From assembly GCF_006345805.1 (NCBI RefSeq), contig NW_021833023.1:16342-80341 (forward strand): a DNA stretch of 64,000 nucleotides. Direction: 5' to 3'. The stretch's first letter is position 1; each line of letters begins with the position of its first letter. This stretch comes from Octopus sinensis. Lineage: Eukaryota. The translations under genes were made by a program, and so were the position numbers. Below the pieces are notes generated by a model. The model was not told where the DNA came from. It saw only the letters and a program-made list of their open reading frames with translations, and did no database searches. Shown here piece after piece: positions 13,201-25,631 of this stretch.

Positions 13201-14194
13201 AAAATTTATTCTGCTTGCGAGTGGACAGCATGCATCCATTTTCACCTCCATTATTATAATTCATCCTTCGTTCGTTCGTTCAAATGTTTTATATCCCCAC
13301 CGTAATGTCCTGTTAGTCCTTGTGCTGTCCCCTCTGTGCGTTATGGCCCCGTTGTGCCAAAATAAAGAATGAGAACTTTGTGGTATTTCGTCTGTCGTTA
13401 CGTTCTGAGTTCAAATTCCGCCGAGGTCGACTTTGCCTTTCATACTTTCGGGGTCGATAAATTAAGTACCAGTTACGCACTGGGGTCCATGTATTCAACT
13501 TCATCCGTTTGTTTGTCCCCTCTATGTTGTCCCCTTGTGGGTAGTAAAGAAAGAAGAAGAAAAAAAAAAAGAAATGAGACGTCATTCGGTAAATTCCGTT
13601 AATTCACTGAACGAACGCATGGCAGAGACGTAAAGGGACCCGTCCACCCCTTTAGATAAAAAAAAAATTGTTTTTATGGATTCCCACGTTTTCGGCTATG
13701 GAGATTTCCGATTTTGAAAAGAAAAACTGTTAGTAAAATTTCAATTAAAAAAAGACCCAAAAAAAAAAAAGACCCCCGGAGATTACCGAAACCCGTTCCG
13801 TTGGTCCCGAATCAGAAGATAGTCGAAGTATGTCGCTGAGTCATTTGGGCGATATGAAGTGGTCTGGCGTTGACGGATCTATGTTTCGAGAAATTTATGG
13901 ATTTACAGCGAAGAAAAGATTCCCAGAATTTCTTATAACATTTCCCAAACCCTTTTGCCCAAGTTTATTCCCTGCTCAATTCCCAACGGACGTTTCAGTC
14001 CTTAAAACAAAAACACTTTCATTTCACTTTGTCACGTATTACTCTGAAGGAAATTACTCTGAAAGAAACCTTTGCAGAAAAGAAGGTCAGTAGATTCATT
14101 CCATATTTCTTTCATTGTGTTATCGCAGTTTTGTGAGATTTGGCTGTTATTTCTAGCATAATTCCTCTGTTCATTTTCAGGCAGCGGGATGAAG

Positions 14195-17100
14195 GAGGGT
14201 TGCCAACTTTGTTCAGCTACAATAAAGGACATAAAAAAAACTTTATTGATATTTAAGTGCACAAATTTTGATTCAGTTCCTAGAGATGCCAATATTTTAA
14301 TATTACATTTCGTCTCTCACCTAAATGTAAATACAAAGACAAGAACGAGAAGACATATATTTTACTTTGAACAAAAGATTCTAACCTTTAAAACTATTGT
14401 TGCCTTGGTTTTTTGCTGCCTTCATAAAATTGGTATCATCTTTGATGTCTTTCAATCAATTATCTTTTATGTTTAAATATATGAGAGGTTCGTTTTCGAT
14501 TCCAAAGAGCATCGGTTCCTTTCATCTCGCCATTTAGATGACACGAAACTCAAAAACTCTCTCGCACAATAAGATGATGTTCCAGGAAAGTACAAAGGAA
14601 ACTGTTTTGAAAACATTGATAGACTTAAAGTCCATAGATTTCAAAATAAAATACCACTTTCTGCATGTTGTTTTTGAGTTTATGAAGAATTCAGAGCTTT
14701 TGTCGAAGTTTCTTTGAATTAATACTTCTTCATCAGAAAGTTCATCCGTCTATAAGCTTTCCTTCTAGCTTCAAATTTCGGTACTACTTCTACAGATTTG
14801 CGAAACTTTTCGAATAAATGGCCTAAGGAACTTAGATTTCATAATTTGCCAAATGTTTGAATTTTCATCGAAATCTATTCTTTTACCCAAATTTTTGATG
14901 GCAGAAGTAAGAGAAAATTTAAAGTCTTCAACTTTCATTCGAACCTCATCAATTTTTCAATTGTTGTTCATCTTGAAAGCCGAAAAAATTCTTCTGCATA
15001 TCGATCTATTGATTCTTAAATCTGTCCTGATATCGAAAATATCTACTGCTGTACTTTCAGGTTCTTTTCAAGTTCTTTAATTGATAATGTGTATACCCCC
15101 ATTACATGTTGCGAAAACATCAGATAGAGTTCAATAATTTGGAGGGTATTTCTGTGGAATCCCGTCAATGGAAAGAAGTTTATATAATTCTTTAGAGGAA
15201 TCAGTTCCTAAGAAAATAGGAACTCAAGGCTTTCCCAGAAAGTAAAATTCTTTCAATACATGTCTGAAGTGATAACCATCTGGTAGGTACATGCCGAAGA
15301 ATCTCTCCATATTCTGTCTCTGCAAATAAATGAAAGTCTTTAAGAGTTTCAGTTCTTTTTGCCGATACTGAAAAATGCCCAGATATCTTTAGGATAATAT
15401 TTTCTACATCACCATAAGTCGGCGAGCTGGCAGAACCGTTAGCATGCCGGGCGAAATGCGTAGCCGTATTTCGTCTGCCGCTACGTTCTGAGTTCAAATT
15501 CCGCCGAGGTCGACTTTGCCTTTCATCCTTTCGGGGTCGATTAAATAAGTACCAGTTACGCACAGGGGTCGATATAATCGACTTAATCCGTTTGTCTATC
15601 CCCTTGTGGGTAGTAAAGAAACAATATTTTCTACATTTAAGTTTTCCAAAGCACTTTTTACTGAATTATGTAAAATGTGTGCACTGCAATTGGCTTTAAT
15701 AACACTGTTATTTAGTGTGAGAATGTTAGAATATAAAGAATGCTTTATTCCAAAATTGCAACTTGTATTATCTGCAGTAAAACCTGAAACTCTTTCCCAG
15801 TCAAGTTGCAAATTGCCCAAAGTCTTTCTCAAACGTCCTAAACATGACATCTACACTTTCATCAGCATTCTCAAAACAGTCAATAATGTTATTATTCTCT
15901 GCACCATGTTCCATATTGAAATATTGAACACATATGGGAAACATTTCCCTGGGTTTTTTTTTGGGGGGGGGGGACTAGAAATATCAATTTGAAGGCAAAA
16001 CTATAGAGGAGGATCATGTTGTTTCGAATCTTTCAATGCTACCTCTAATGCTTTTTTGATGTAACACATTCGTAACTATGGCCTCCGATTTGGTCCGACC
16101 ACAAGATATCTTTCCAGCTACTTTGGAATCCTGGTAAAATTTTGAATTTAATTTCAAGCTACAATCAAGGGAGTTGTAGGAATGATTGTGTTTAACTGCA
16201 TGATATATATTTGAGCTACTTCTCAAGCAATTACATTATCTTCTTCTTTTGTATTGGCTTTCACGAAAAATTTATCAATTAAAGATTTGGAAAGTGAAGC
16301 ACTGCGGTTACTTTTATGCCTATCAGAAGTCTTGTGCTGTTTGATAGCTACAACCCCATACAGCCAATTTTAAGGTCCTATTACGAGTAATGCATTTTGC
16401 CTCTTGTTGATTAATAAGTTGCTGCCAACCATTTATACTCCTTTTCCAGTTTTTGTTATACGAGCACAATCTCTTCTTTATCGCTGAGGGTTCCCCGTCA
16501 CTACAAAATATTAAGCAGTCGCTGCTGTCCCGCCTTACTAATGCATTAAAACCTTATGAAAGAAATAGTTGATTTAGCATTGAAATAAATATATGTTCCA
16601 AAGCAAGGTCGAGAGTCGATGATGAATCATATACGCGCACAAACGCCATTAGAAGATATTTAAAATATGTGACTATAGCTTAGGCTATGGTAGGTCTATT
16701 TAGCTTCTGAAAAATCAAATTCTGCTAGCGCATAAACCCCAGAATTTCTTATAACTTCAAACTCCTATATTCTCTAGCCTACTTCTTTGCCATTTAATGG
16801 TGTGTGTGTGTGTGTGTGTGTGCAAGAGAGCTAGCACCCAACTGAATTAGCGACAAGCACTGGGCCTCACAGGCTTGCGATGATGTCACTAGCTATATTG
16901 AATTTGAAAATAATAATTACTCATTGTAATTTTTCACCACCATGACTATATGAAGTTAAAAAGATAGTATGTGGCCCGACAAACATGTATGTAAAATGTG
17001 CACAACTTGGAATGTGAACTGAAACTGAAATGGTAGCACTTGAAAAGTTGGTACATTCTGTAACAGTGTAAAAATGATCATGTCTGGAAAACACACTTTC

Positions 17101-17685
17101 AATTAATATTGTTATCTGATATTAACATGAAATATTGGCACTACTGTTACAAGTTTTCTCACATAGATTTCACTGTTCTTCTGATATTTATAACAAATTA
17201 TGGCTTGATTTTGTGAAGGGCCTCATCACTACCTTGTATAATACGCCATATTTGTTTTGGTTGTTCTTTCAGGCAGAGTTATTGCCTTTCCAAATGTCCA
17301 ACGGCACCTCCTTTTCTATTGTTTTTTCTTTTCTTTTTTCTTGGTGATGATTCTCATATTTAGTAACATAGTTTACGATTTTCTCGTTTTCCCAAAATGA
17401 GTGCCTTCGGTTTTGAAATGGAGAATCGAGTTATACATAAAACGAGGCTAATTTTACACCCTGGTCTGCCGCTCTGCCACTCTGTGCTTCTGGTATTGTG
17501 CACAGAAGCAGAGTTGACAGTCCGTACTTGCACAAGAAGTAAACGCTTTTGCAGTCACATCTTGAGAGCGGGAAATTGAACTAACAGTCAAAACGATTTC
17601 AAAATAAAGGACAAATAATGTCATTTCAAATCTCAATAAAGGACAAGGGCAAATAGTGCTGAATAAAGGATGGTTGGCAACCCTA
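14195..17685 (-). mobile_element. Near full-length fossil hAT transposon with pseudogenised transposase
   Basis: TIRs AGGGTTGCCAAC / GTTGGCAACCCTA, decayed 8-bp TSD (GGATGAAG vs GCACGAAG) and subterminal AATAAAGGA repeats. Transposase motifs KHNHSY, SCGRTK, ADNT, CSAHILHN, HVPTRWLSL and WRDERNR. Confidence 0.88.
15410..15622 (+). mobile_element. tRNA-derived SINE (Meta-domain-like family) inserted in the hAT transposase
   Basis: Perfect 14-bp TSD AATATTTTCTACAT (15396-15409, 15623-15636) and core GCCTTTCATCCTTTCGGGGTCGA...AAGTACCAGT. Related copies at about 8290-8460, 8500-8650, 12130-12225, 12745-12945, 13380-13552, 19000-19190 and 33830-33960. Confidence 0.85.
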
Positions 17686-18167
17686 GCACGAAGTGGCGAG
17701 GGGTGTATGGATCAGTTTTGGAATTTCCTCAGAAAATTTGAAATTAATTATCTACCCCCCCCCCATATTTTTAATCGGCAAAATTACGGCATGAGAACCG
17801 TTACTGTCAACCAGGAGCACGTGCTTTTGTTTACATTGGAAGAATAAGATTGTCGCTTTCCGTAAATTAAACATTTTGTAAAAATATATGTGGGGTGGCG
17901 AGGAAGGGTATCTTTTCAAGTCGGCGTAAAAGCGAGACAGAGAGAGCACGATTGGATCGGGGAAGTTCTTTTGAAGTTGGCCTCTGCTGCTCACTTTTTC
18001 TTTCTCTCGGTTTATTTTTTTATGTTTGTTGGCGATTTAATGATCAGATTCATAGATACGTTATTATTATTATTATTATTTTTCGTTTATATTTGTTTTG
18101 AAATGTATTATATAAATACAGGCCCGTAATTCTTTTCTTGAAGCCCTTGGATGCAGAGACGTCGTTT

Positions 18168-18168
18168 T

Positions 18169-18202
<34 letters not shown>

Positions 18203-18357
18203 GTACACACGCCTATGCACACAAACACAGACACACACACACAAGCACAGACACACAAGCGCCGACGCACGCAAGCACAGACACACACACACACACAAGC
18301 ACGCACAGACACACAAGCGCCAACGCACACACTTAAGCACACGCGCGCACACACACA
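18168..18357. repeat. Compound (CA)n microsatellite
   Basis: Interrupted CA run; source of the spurious His/Thr and Cys/Val ORFs. Confidence 0.95.
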
Positions 18358-18644
18358 TTAATTCTTCAGATTCACCCCAACTTCAAAAGAACTTTCCTCA
18401 TACAATCGTACCCTCTCTGTCTCTTTTGCTTTCACGCCGACTTCAAAAGATCCCATTTCCCACCAACACCATATGTAAAAAAATAAAAACTTTCCACGCT
18501 GATTGAAAACAAAAAAAAAAGAAAATTCGAAAAAAGTTAAAATTTAAAAATGAGGAGGGAGGGACTTAATATTATGAGAAAATGGTTCATTGCATATTCA
18601 AAAAAAGGGCGATTTTCGTGCTGGTGTACTAGTCAACATTAACC

Positions 18645-18880
18645 TTATCTATATCTATAAAAGGCAGGCTGTGTGTGTAATTTATGCATGTCCACAAATT
18701 AGCTCGCAACTTTAAGGACATTGGTCATGACCATGGCTGTGTTTTTGTCAACTTATTTTCCCAAAAGCAACCGCAAATAGCGGTAAAAATCGATTTTCAA
18801 CCATAACTCTTAGCAATTTCCACGTCAATGAAATCCTTAAGTTTGGTAACATTAGTTAAGTCCCCTGTATAGCAATGGCA
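18645..18880 (+). mobile_element. Possible Helitron-like non-autonomous 5' end
   Basis: Begins TCTATATCTATAAAAG...GTGTGTGT, typical of Helitron 5' termini. No 3' hairpin/CTRR end identified. Confidence 0.35.
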
Positions 18881-19204
18881 AAAAAGGAAATCAAAAGGTA
18901 AATTTTGAGATTAACACCCGCAAGATTTTCAGTAAGAAAAAAAAAAACGGATTTTTTTCATAGAATCCAGTACCCTGAGAGAGAGAAGAAGGCCAGCAAT
19001 TTCATGGGAGGGGGTGAGTTAATTATATTGTTCCCCGGGTGTACAACTGGTACTTATTTTATAGACCCGGAAAAGATGAAAGGCAAAGTCAATCTTGATG
19101 GAATTTGAACTCAGAACGTAAAGCCAGAGGGAATGCTGCTAAGCATTTTGCCCAGCATGCTAATGGTTCTGCTAGCTTGCCGCCTTCAGCCTGCATTTTA
19201 TATT

Positions 19205-19552
19205 AAAAGGATAAAGACCCCTTTCAGTCATGAATGGCCATGGGATTGCACCTAGAAAGTTCTCCTCCAAGGCACAAGTCCTGGCAAGGTTTCTTTATGG
19301 AAGACCAGCAGTCACCCATCCATACCAGCCTCCTCTCTCCCCCCCCAATGTTATCCAAGGGAAAGGCAAAGACCAATACAGCTTGGCACCAGTGATGTGG
19401 AAACTCATTGCTACAGCTCACTGAACAAGGAGCATTGTGAAAGAAAGTGTCTTGCTCAAGAACATAACACACAACCCGGTCTGGAAATTGAACTCATTAC
19501 CTCATGATTGTGAGCCCGATGCTTCAACCACTGAGCCATGCACCTTCATGTA
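19205..19552 (-). mobile_element. tRNA-derived SINE (second family)
   Basis: A box TGGCTCAGTGG, B-box-like GAGTTCAATTTCC, conserved TTGAGCAAGACACTT core. A related family copy is at 37914-38174. Confidence 0.75.
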
Positions 19553-19645
19553 TTTTAATTTTGAGCAATAATTATTTCTAAAGTAAAAAGATAAAAAATG
19601 ACAACAACACTGTGTGAATGATAGAGAAATATTCTATTGAATAGT

Positions 19646-19651
19646 TTTATT
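19646..19651 (-). promoter_or_regulatory. Candidate polyadenylation signal (AATAAA) of the PARP gene
   Basis: AATAAA about 120 nt after the stop, followed by a GT/T-rich stretch (gtgttgttgtcattttttat). Confidence 0.55.
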
Positions 19652-19770
19652 CTTACAAAAGACCCTGGGATTGCACCTAGAATTAGAGAATTTCCTGTAT
19701 TTTCTTTGTCTTTCTTTTGTTAAATATATTCCTGTTCACTTTATATGTGTTTTATGAATTCCAATTATAT

Positions 19771-20039
19771 TCAATGATTAGAGAATGTAATCAAATAATT
19801 AGGATATGCCTGAGAGTCATGAAAAGTAACATAAATATTGGGTCTTTGAAAATTATCAACAGCAGAATTGTAAGAATCCTGTAAAACTTTTAGTCCGTAG
19901 TATCCTTGCATCACTCTTCCCACAAGAACACTGCATTTGTATATTCTCTTTATTCCGTTATGGTCAGGAGCAGAATAGGTATCCCTTGCAGAATATTGGA
20001 TGTCTCTGGCAAAATAAACACCTTCACCATATGCTGTGG
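19771..20039 (-). CDS. PARP14: PARP terminal exon ([11 protein letters not shown]...DTYSAPD...VLVG...[19 protein letters not shown]-stop)
   Basis: Acceptor tctcttcttag. YG.GVYFA and QAYP.YLI.F motifs, TGA at 19773-19771. Confidence 0.95.
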
Positions 20040-22980
20040 CTAAGAAGAGAAAAAAAGATATATATGTATATATATAAATAATAAATATTAGGGAATAAAT
20101 CCAAATTTACAGGGAAAAAATCAGATTTAGGATTAAATCGATTTTATAGTAAAATATTATAAAATATTATTCGAGACAAAACCACTATTTTGCAAAACAA
20201 ACAAGGAAAGACTTAATCAATACATAAATTTTAATAAATAGTCAAAAAAACCGCCACTACAATCGTTGTCTTGATCGACAATCTTCAGGTGGACTTCCAA
20301 TAATTCAGTGTCAATTATGAAGACTTCATAATTTGACACTGAATTATTGGAAGTCCACCTGAAGATTGTCGATCAAGACAACGATTGTAGTGGCGGTTTT
20401 TTTGACTATTTATTAAAATTTATGTATTGATTAAGTCTTTCCTTGTTTGTTTTGCAAAATAGTGGTTTGTCTCGAATAATATTTTATGTATATATATATA
20501 TTGGTGTGTGATGATGAGATATATATATATATTATATATATATCATCATCATCATCATCATTTAGCATCCGTTTTCCATACTAGCATGGGTTGGACGGTT
20601 CAACTGGGGTCTGTGAAGCTGGAAGGCTTCATCAGGCCCAGTCAGATCTGGCAGTGTTTCTACGGCTGGATGCCCTTCCTAACACCAACCACTCCGTGAG
20701 TGTAGTGGGTTCTTTTTACGTGCCACCCGCACAGGTGCCAGACAGAGCTGGCAAACGGCCACGAACGGATGGTGCTTTTACGTGTCACTGGTACGGGGGC
20801 CAGGCGAGGCTGGCAACGGACACAAACGGATGGTGCTTTTATGTGCCACCAACACGAGGGCCAGACAGAGCTGGCAAATGGCCACGAAACGGATGGTGCT
20901 TTTACGTGTCACCGGCACAGGGGCCAGGCGAGGCTGGCAATGGCCACGAAACGGATGGTGCTTTTACATGCCACCGACACGGGGGCCAGACAGAGCTGGC
21001 AAACGGCCACGAACGGATGGTGCTTTTACGTGTCACCGGCACAGGGGACAGGCGAGGCTGGCAACGAACACGGACGGATGGTGCTTTTACGTGCCACCGA
21101 CACGGGGGCCAGACAGAGCTGGCAAACGGCCACGAACGGATGGTGCTTTTACGTGTCACCGGCACAGGGGCCAGGCGAGGCTGGCAACGAACACGAACGG
21201 ATGGTGCTTTTACATGCCACCGACACGGGGGCCAGACAGAGCTGGCAAACGGCCACGAACGGATGGTGCTTTTACGTGTCACCGGCACAGGGGACAGGCG
21301 AGGCTGGCAACGAACACGAACGGATGGTGCTTTTACATGCCACCGACACGGGGGCCAGACAGAGCTGGCAAACGGCCACGAACGGATGGTGCTTTTACGT
21401 GTCACCGGCACAGGGGACAGGCGAGGCTGGCAACGAACACGAACGGATGGTGCTTTTACGTGCCACCGACACGGGGGCCAGACAGAGCTGGCAAACAGCC
21501 ACGAACGGATGGTGCTTTTACGTGTCACCGGCACAGGGGACAGGCGAGGCTGGCAACGAACACGAACGGATGGTGCTTTTACGTGCCACCGACACGGGGG
21601 CCAGACAGAGCTGGCAACGAACACGAACGGATGGTGCTTTTACGTGCCACCGACACGGGGGCCAGACAGAGCTGGCAAATGGCCACGAAACGGATGGTGC
21701 TTTTACGTGTCACCACGTATATATATTTAATTTCATTTCTTAGGGAATTAAAAATTCTGGCATAACAGGGGTTCAAATTATTCTTAATGAGGAAATATAT
21801 ATTTTTATTTAGAGATAATAGGCCTTTCATCTCACCATATAAAGAATTTTAATCTAAATACTTACTACTTTATAACTTGGCTACACATGTTTCTTGAGGT
21901 ACATTTCCCGGTTCCTTAACCACGCCGTGTTTTGCTGGAACCATTCTTAAATATAACCCCAAACATCAGACCTCTGTATCACTTTCTCATAGTTTGATAC
22001 TATAAACTATATTCTAATCTTTTAAATAAATAAGATAGGTTCGCCAGACCCTACTGTACAAGCCATAATTTAATTGAAATAAGAAATAAAAAAATAAAAT
22101 AAAAAAATAAAGATGAAAATAAAAAATATGAATGAAAATAAAAATTTACAAACATTGTTCTTATGTAACTTATGTCTATAAATATAAAATTTATAATATA
22201 TAGGGATAAAAAAATAAAATAAAATATATACTTGTGATGATATAAAATGAAAGGAATGGCAAAAACAATATATATTCGAATAAAAAGGGAAGCAATGACG
22301 AATAAATATTTTCAAATTAAAACTATAGTACGAATGAGGAAATGAAAAGTTTACAAATGATACGAATGATAACAATTAAAAATTTACAATATATATATAT
22401 ATATAGAGAGAGAGAAATTGAGATAGGGGTTGTGAGTGCAACCCACCATGGGATAACATATATCCAATATACTGCCAGTAAAGCACCCAACAAAGTTATT
22501 ATATATTATTATGAATATACTTATATATATATATAGGTGCATGTATATATACACTTATATGTATGTGTATATTATATATTATGTATATGTACTCATTCTT
22601 GTATAGGTGTACCTTCTCTTATATTCTTATTTGGATTGTACTTTATAATCTCTGAAGAGGCCTTGGGATATATTTGTAAGTGTCTCATTTATAACCACAT
22701 ATTAACTTATCACACCTGGCTAATATGAGCATAATGAGATACTCATATCTACATGACTGAAACATCTGTAAGATATAGTTTATATTTATATTTATACTTA
22801 TTTATATTTATTTATACATATTGTACTTATTGTATCATATTACTCATTGATGTGCACTGTTTTGTTCTGTACTATTATGTTGACCTTGATGTTCATATGT
22901 AGTAGGTTAATAAATTATGTGAATGGGTATTATCTGGTAGTTGATTATTGATTAAGGTGTATTCCTCCATTTTCTTATTT

Positions 22981-23014
<34 letters not shown>

Positions 23015-25600
23015 ATGTAGGGGAAAATTTTTTCGAAAAAAAAAACCCTCATCAGTGGCCAGCATATTAAAAAATACCTTTAAAGGTTAAATTTATCAAC
23101 AACTTATAAATAAGGGTAAACGAAAAAATTTCTAATGCCAAATATGCCGAAGTTGGACATATTGTCCATAACCGTATAATTTTTTCACAATACACACGCT
23201 ACTCGAAAAAAGGTCGACAGAAATTTCTAAAAAATTCCATTACTACCATATTGGACCGATTTCAGGGTTAGTTAATAAGAACCCTTCCTATGTCAGTGAT
23301 TTATCCAACTTCGGCATATTTGGCATTAGAAATTTTTCGTTTGCCCTTATTTATAAGTTGTTGATATGTATATATATATGTATGTATGTATGTATGTACG
23401 TACATACGTACAGCAATCGATAACAATAACAATAGAGATTTTAGATGTCCAAACAGGGTTATTTCTCCCAATTATATACCCAGCAATGTCAACAGAAACT
23501 TCCAGAATGAGTTCCATGTCAGTTGACAGATGTGTGTCATTGAAACTCTGCAAGCATTTAATAGTTCCAAACACTTTGTTAGAAAAGATCTATTAAAAGC
23601 CTGACCCTTGCCAATATTTACCATTGAACATGTTTGGGTGGCATTTTGTGGAACCCCACTCTTCTACTCACCCCATATCCATATTCATCATACACATCAA
23701 AATCTAATTCCAAAAGATGATAAAAGAGTTAGTGAGAGAAGATCGTTTGAGATATCTAAATGGAGTGACCTCTGTGATGGTACCACTGCTGGTTTATCAG
23801 ATTTCTATACAGTTATTAAATGTCCCTTAACCAATTTCTAGGCCGTAGCAGACATTGAATATTTCAATGAGAGTTAACAACACTGTATTGATTATCTCAG
23901 TATATCTATAATTGACACACTCAGAATGGTGATTGCTAGGCCTGGTGTTCGCTTGTTGATATTTCTGTCCAGTCCTGCCGACCTACCACTACACCTAGTC
24001 CTTCTTCCCCAAAACATTACCCCTCTGGAATTCTACCCCTTCTCTTATCTTTCCTGCAATATTTTCATTTACAAAGGTTCAAGAGGAACATTAATGGATG
24101 GGGACAGACCCTTCCTCCCAATCCAAATAAAAGTGTTGGTTCCACAATAATAAAATACACCTGGTTTACTCTAGAGCAGAAGATGTTAGGAAGGGGACCT
24201 GGCAGTAGAAACGATGCCAAACATGGAATGTGTGGGCAACATGGCATCCTCTCTGTGTGAGAAAGGATTCTAAACAGCAATCAATGTGGAGAGTGACTGC
24301 CCAGCTCAAGACAATAGGAAGGGCGGGTAGATGATGATGATGATGTTGATTATAATATACTTACCATTTTTACCACAATAGCTACGGTTGAATCCTGATT
24401 TATTTATTCCATCAACAGATCTTTCAGCAGTACCATGCCAAAGGCCATCAACTTCATTTGTAATGTTTGGATTTTCTACCTCAAACTTTCTTTTCAATGC
24501 TTGGTATCCATGGTATAATGTTTTATTTTGAATTCTCTCAATCTGTAGAAAGGAAAATTCACTTCTTTGACAAGGAAATAACGTTTGTGGTGAAAAACCC
24601 CGACCCTATCTGCTTTTATTTTCTTTTTTATTTGATACCAATTTTGATTCAACTGTAAATTTTGGTAAGGCACAATAGTTTAGCTGCAAAATGGTGTTGC
24701 ATGTACAATTCAATGCAAGAAGTTAAAGCAGAGGTATTTTTGTTGAGCAAAGATTTCTTGTGAATATCCAAAAACACTTAGAACAATCCCAAATAAGTTC
24801 ATACATCTTCATCATCATCGTTTAATATCCACCTTCTATGCTGGCATGGGTGGGATGGTTTGACAGGATCTGGCCAGCCAGAGGCCTGCACCAGACTTCT
24901 GTGTCTGTTTTGGCAGGCTTTATACAGCTGGATGCCCTTCCAAATGCCAACCACTTTACAGTGTGGAGTGGATGCTTTTTAAATGGCACCAGCACAGACA
25001 GGGTCACCAAGTAACTTGCAAGACAAGGATCTTTTGAGAGGGGAGGGGGCATTGGAGGAGGGGATCTTGTGTCAGATGTTGAAACCTTTCATATAACCTT
25101 TCATAGTGAGAAAGAAATAGGGGTCTTGTTGTAAGGAGGTACAAGGTTACCTGGCTGATGCGGGGACAGATATAGATAGATCAGGAACGAGGCTAGAAAC
25201 AACCGTGCTGTCGCAAAGGACATACAATGAAATTTAAATTTTTTATACAAACAAAATGTCTCTTAAAATTTTCTTAACAGCATGCCATCCAATATTGTTT
25301 ATAAATAAAAGTAAAAATACTAACTTTGATTATACGACAGGAAGGCAACTTCCGACGGAAAGTGGCTTGGATGTCATCATATTCTGGTCCATTTGTTACT
25401 GGAACGATTTTAATTAATTCCTTGTCTCCCATTGGTGACCATGTATCAGGGGTCACTTCTAGAGTTCAAACAGAAATCAAATATTTCAGAATTAAAATAA
25501 AATTATGAACCCTTTTTCTGTTGAAAGTTTAGAAAAGAAAACAAGAATATTTTGATTAATAGACAAGAAATACTGAAACACAGCACTGTAGTTTTGTAGT

Positions 25601-25631
<31 letters not shown>

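Noticed and set aside
18050-18506. His/Thr- and Cys/Val-rich ORFs
   Set aside because: Translations of a (CA)n microsatellite.
20700-21715. CRISPR-like look (constant motif with variable intervening sequence) and 240-379 aa ORFs
   Set aside because: The intervening sequences are only two alternating types, there are no cas genes, the context is a eukaryotic intron, and the ORFs follow from a stop-free 123-bp repeat.
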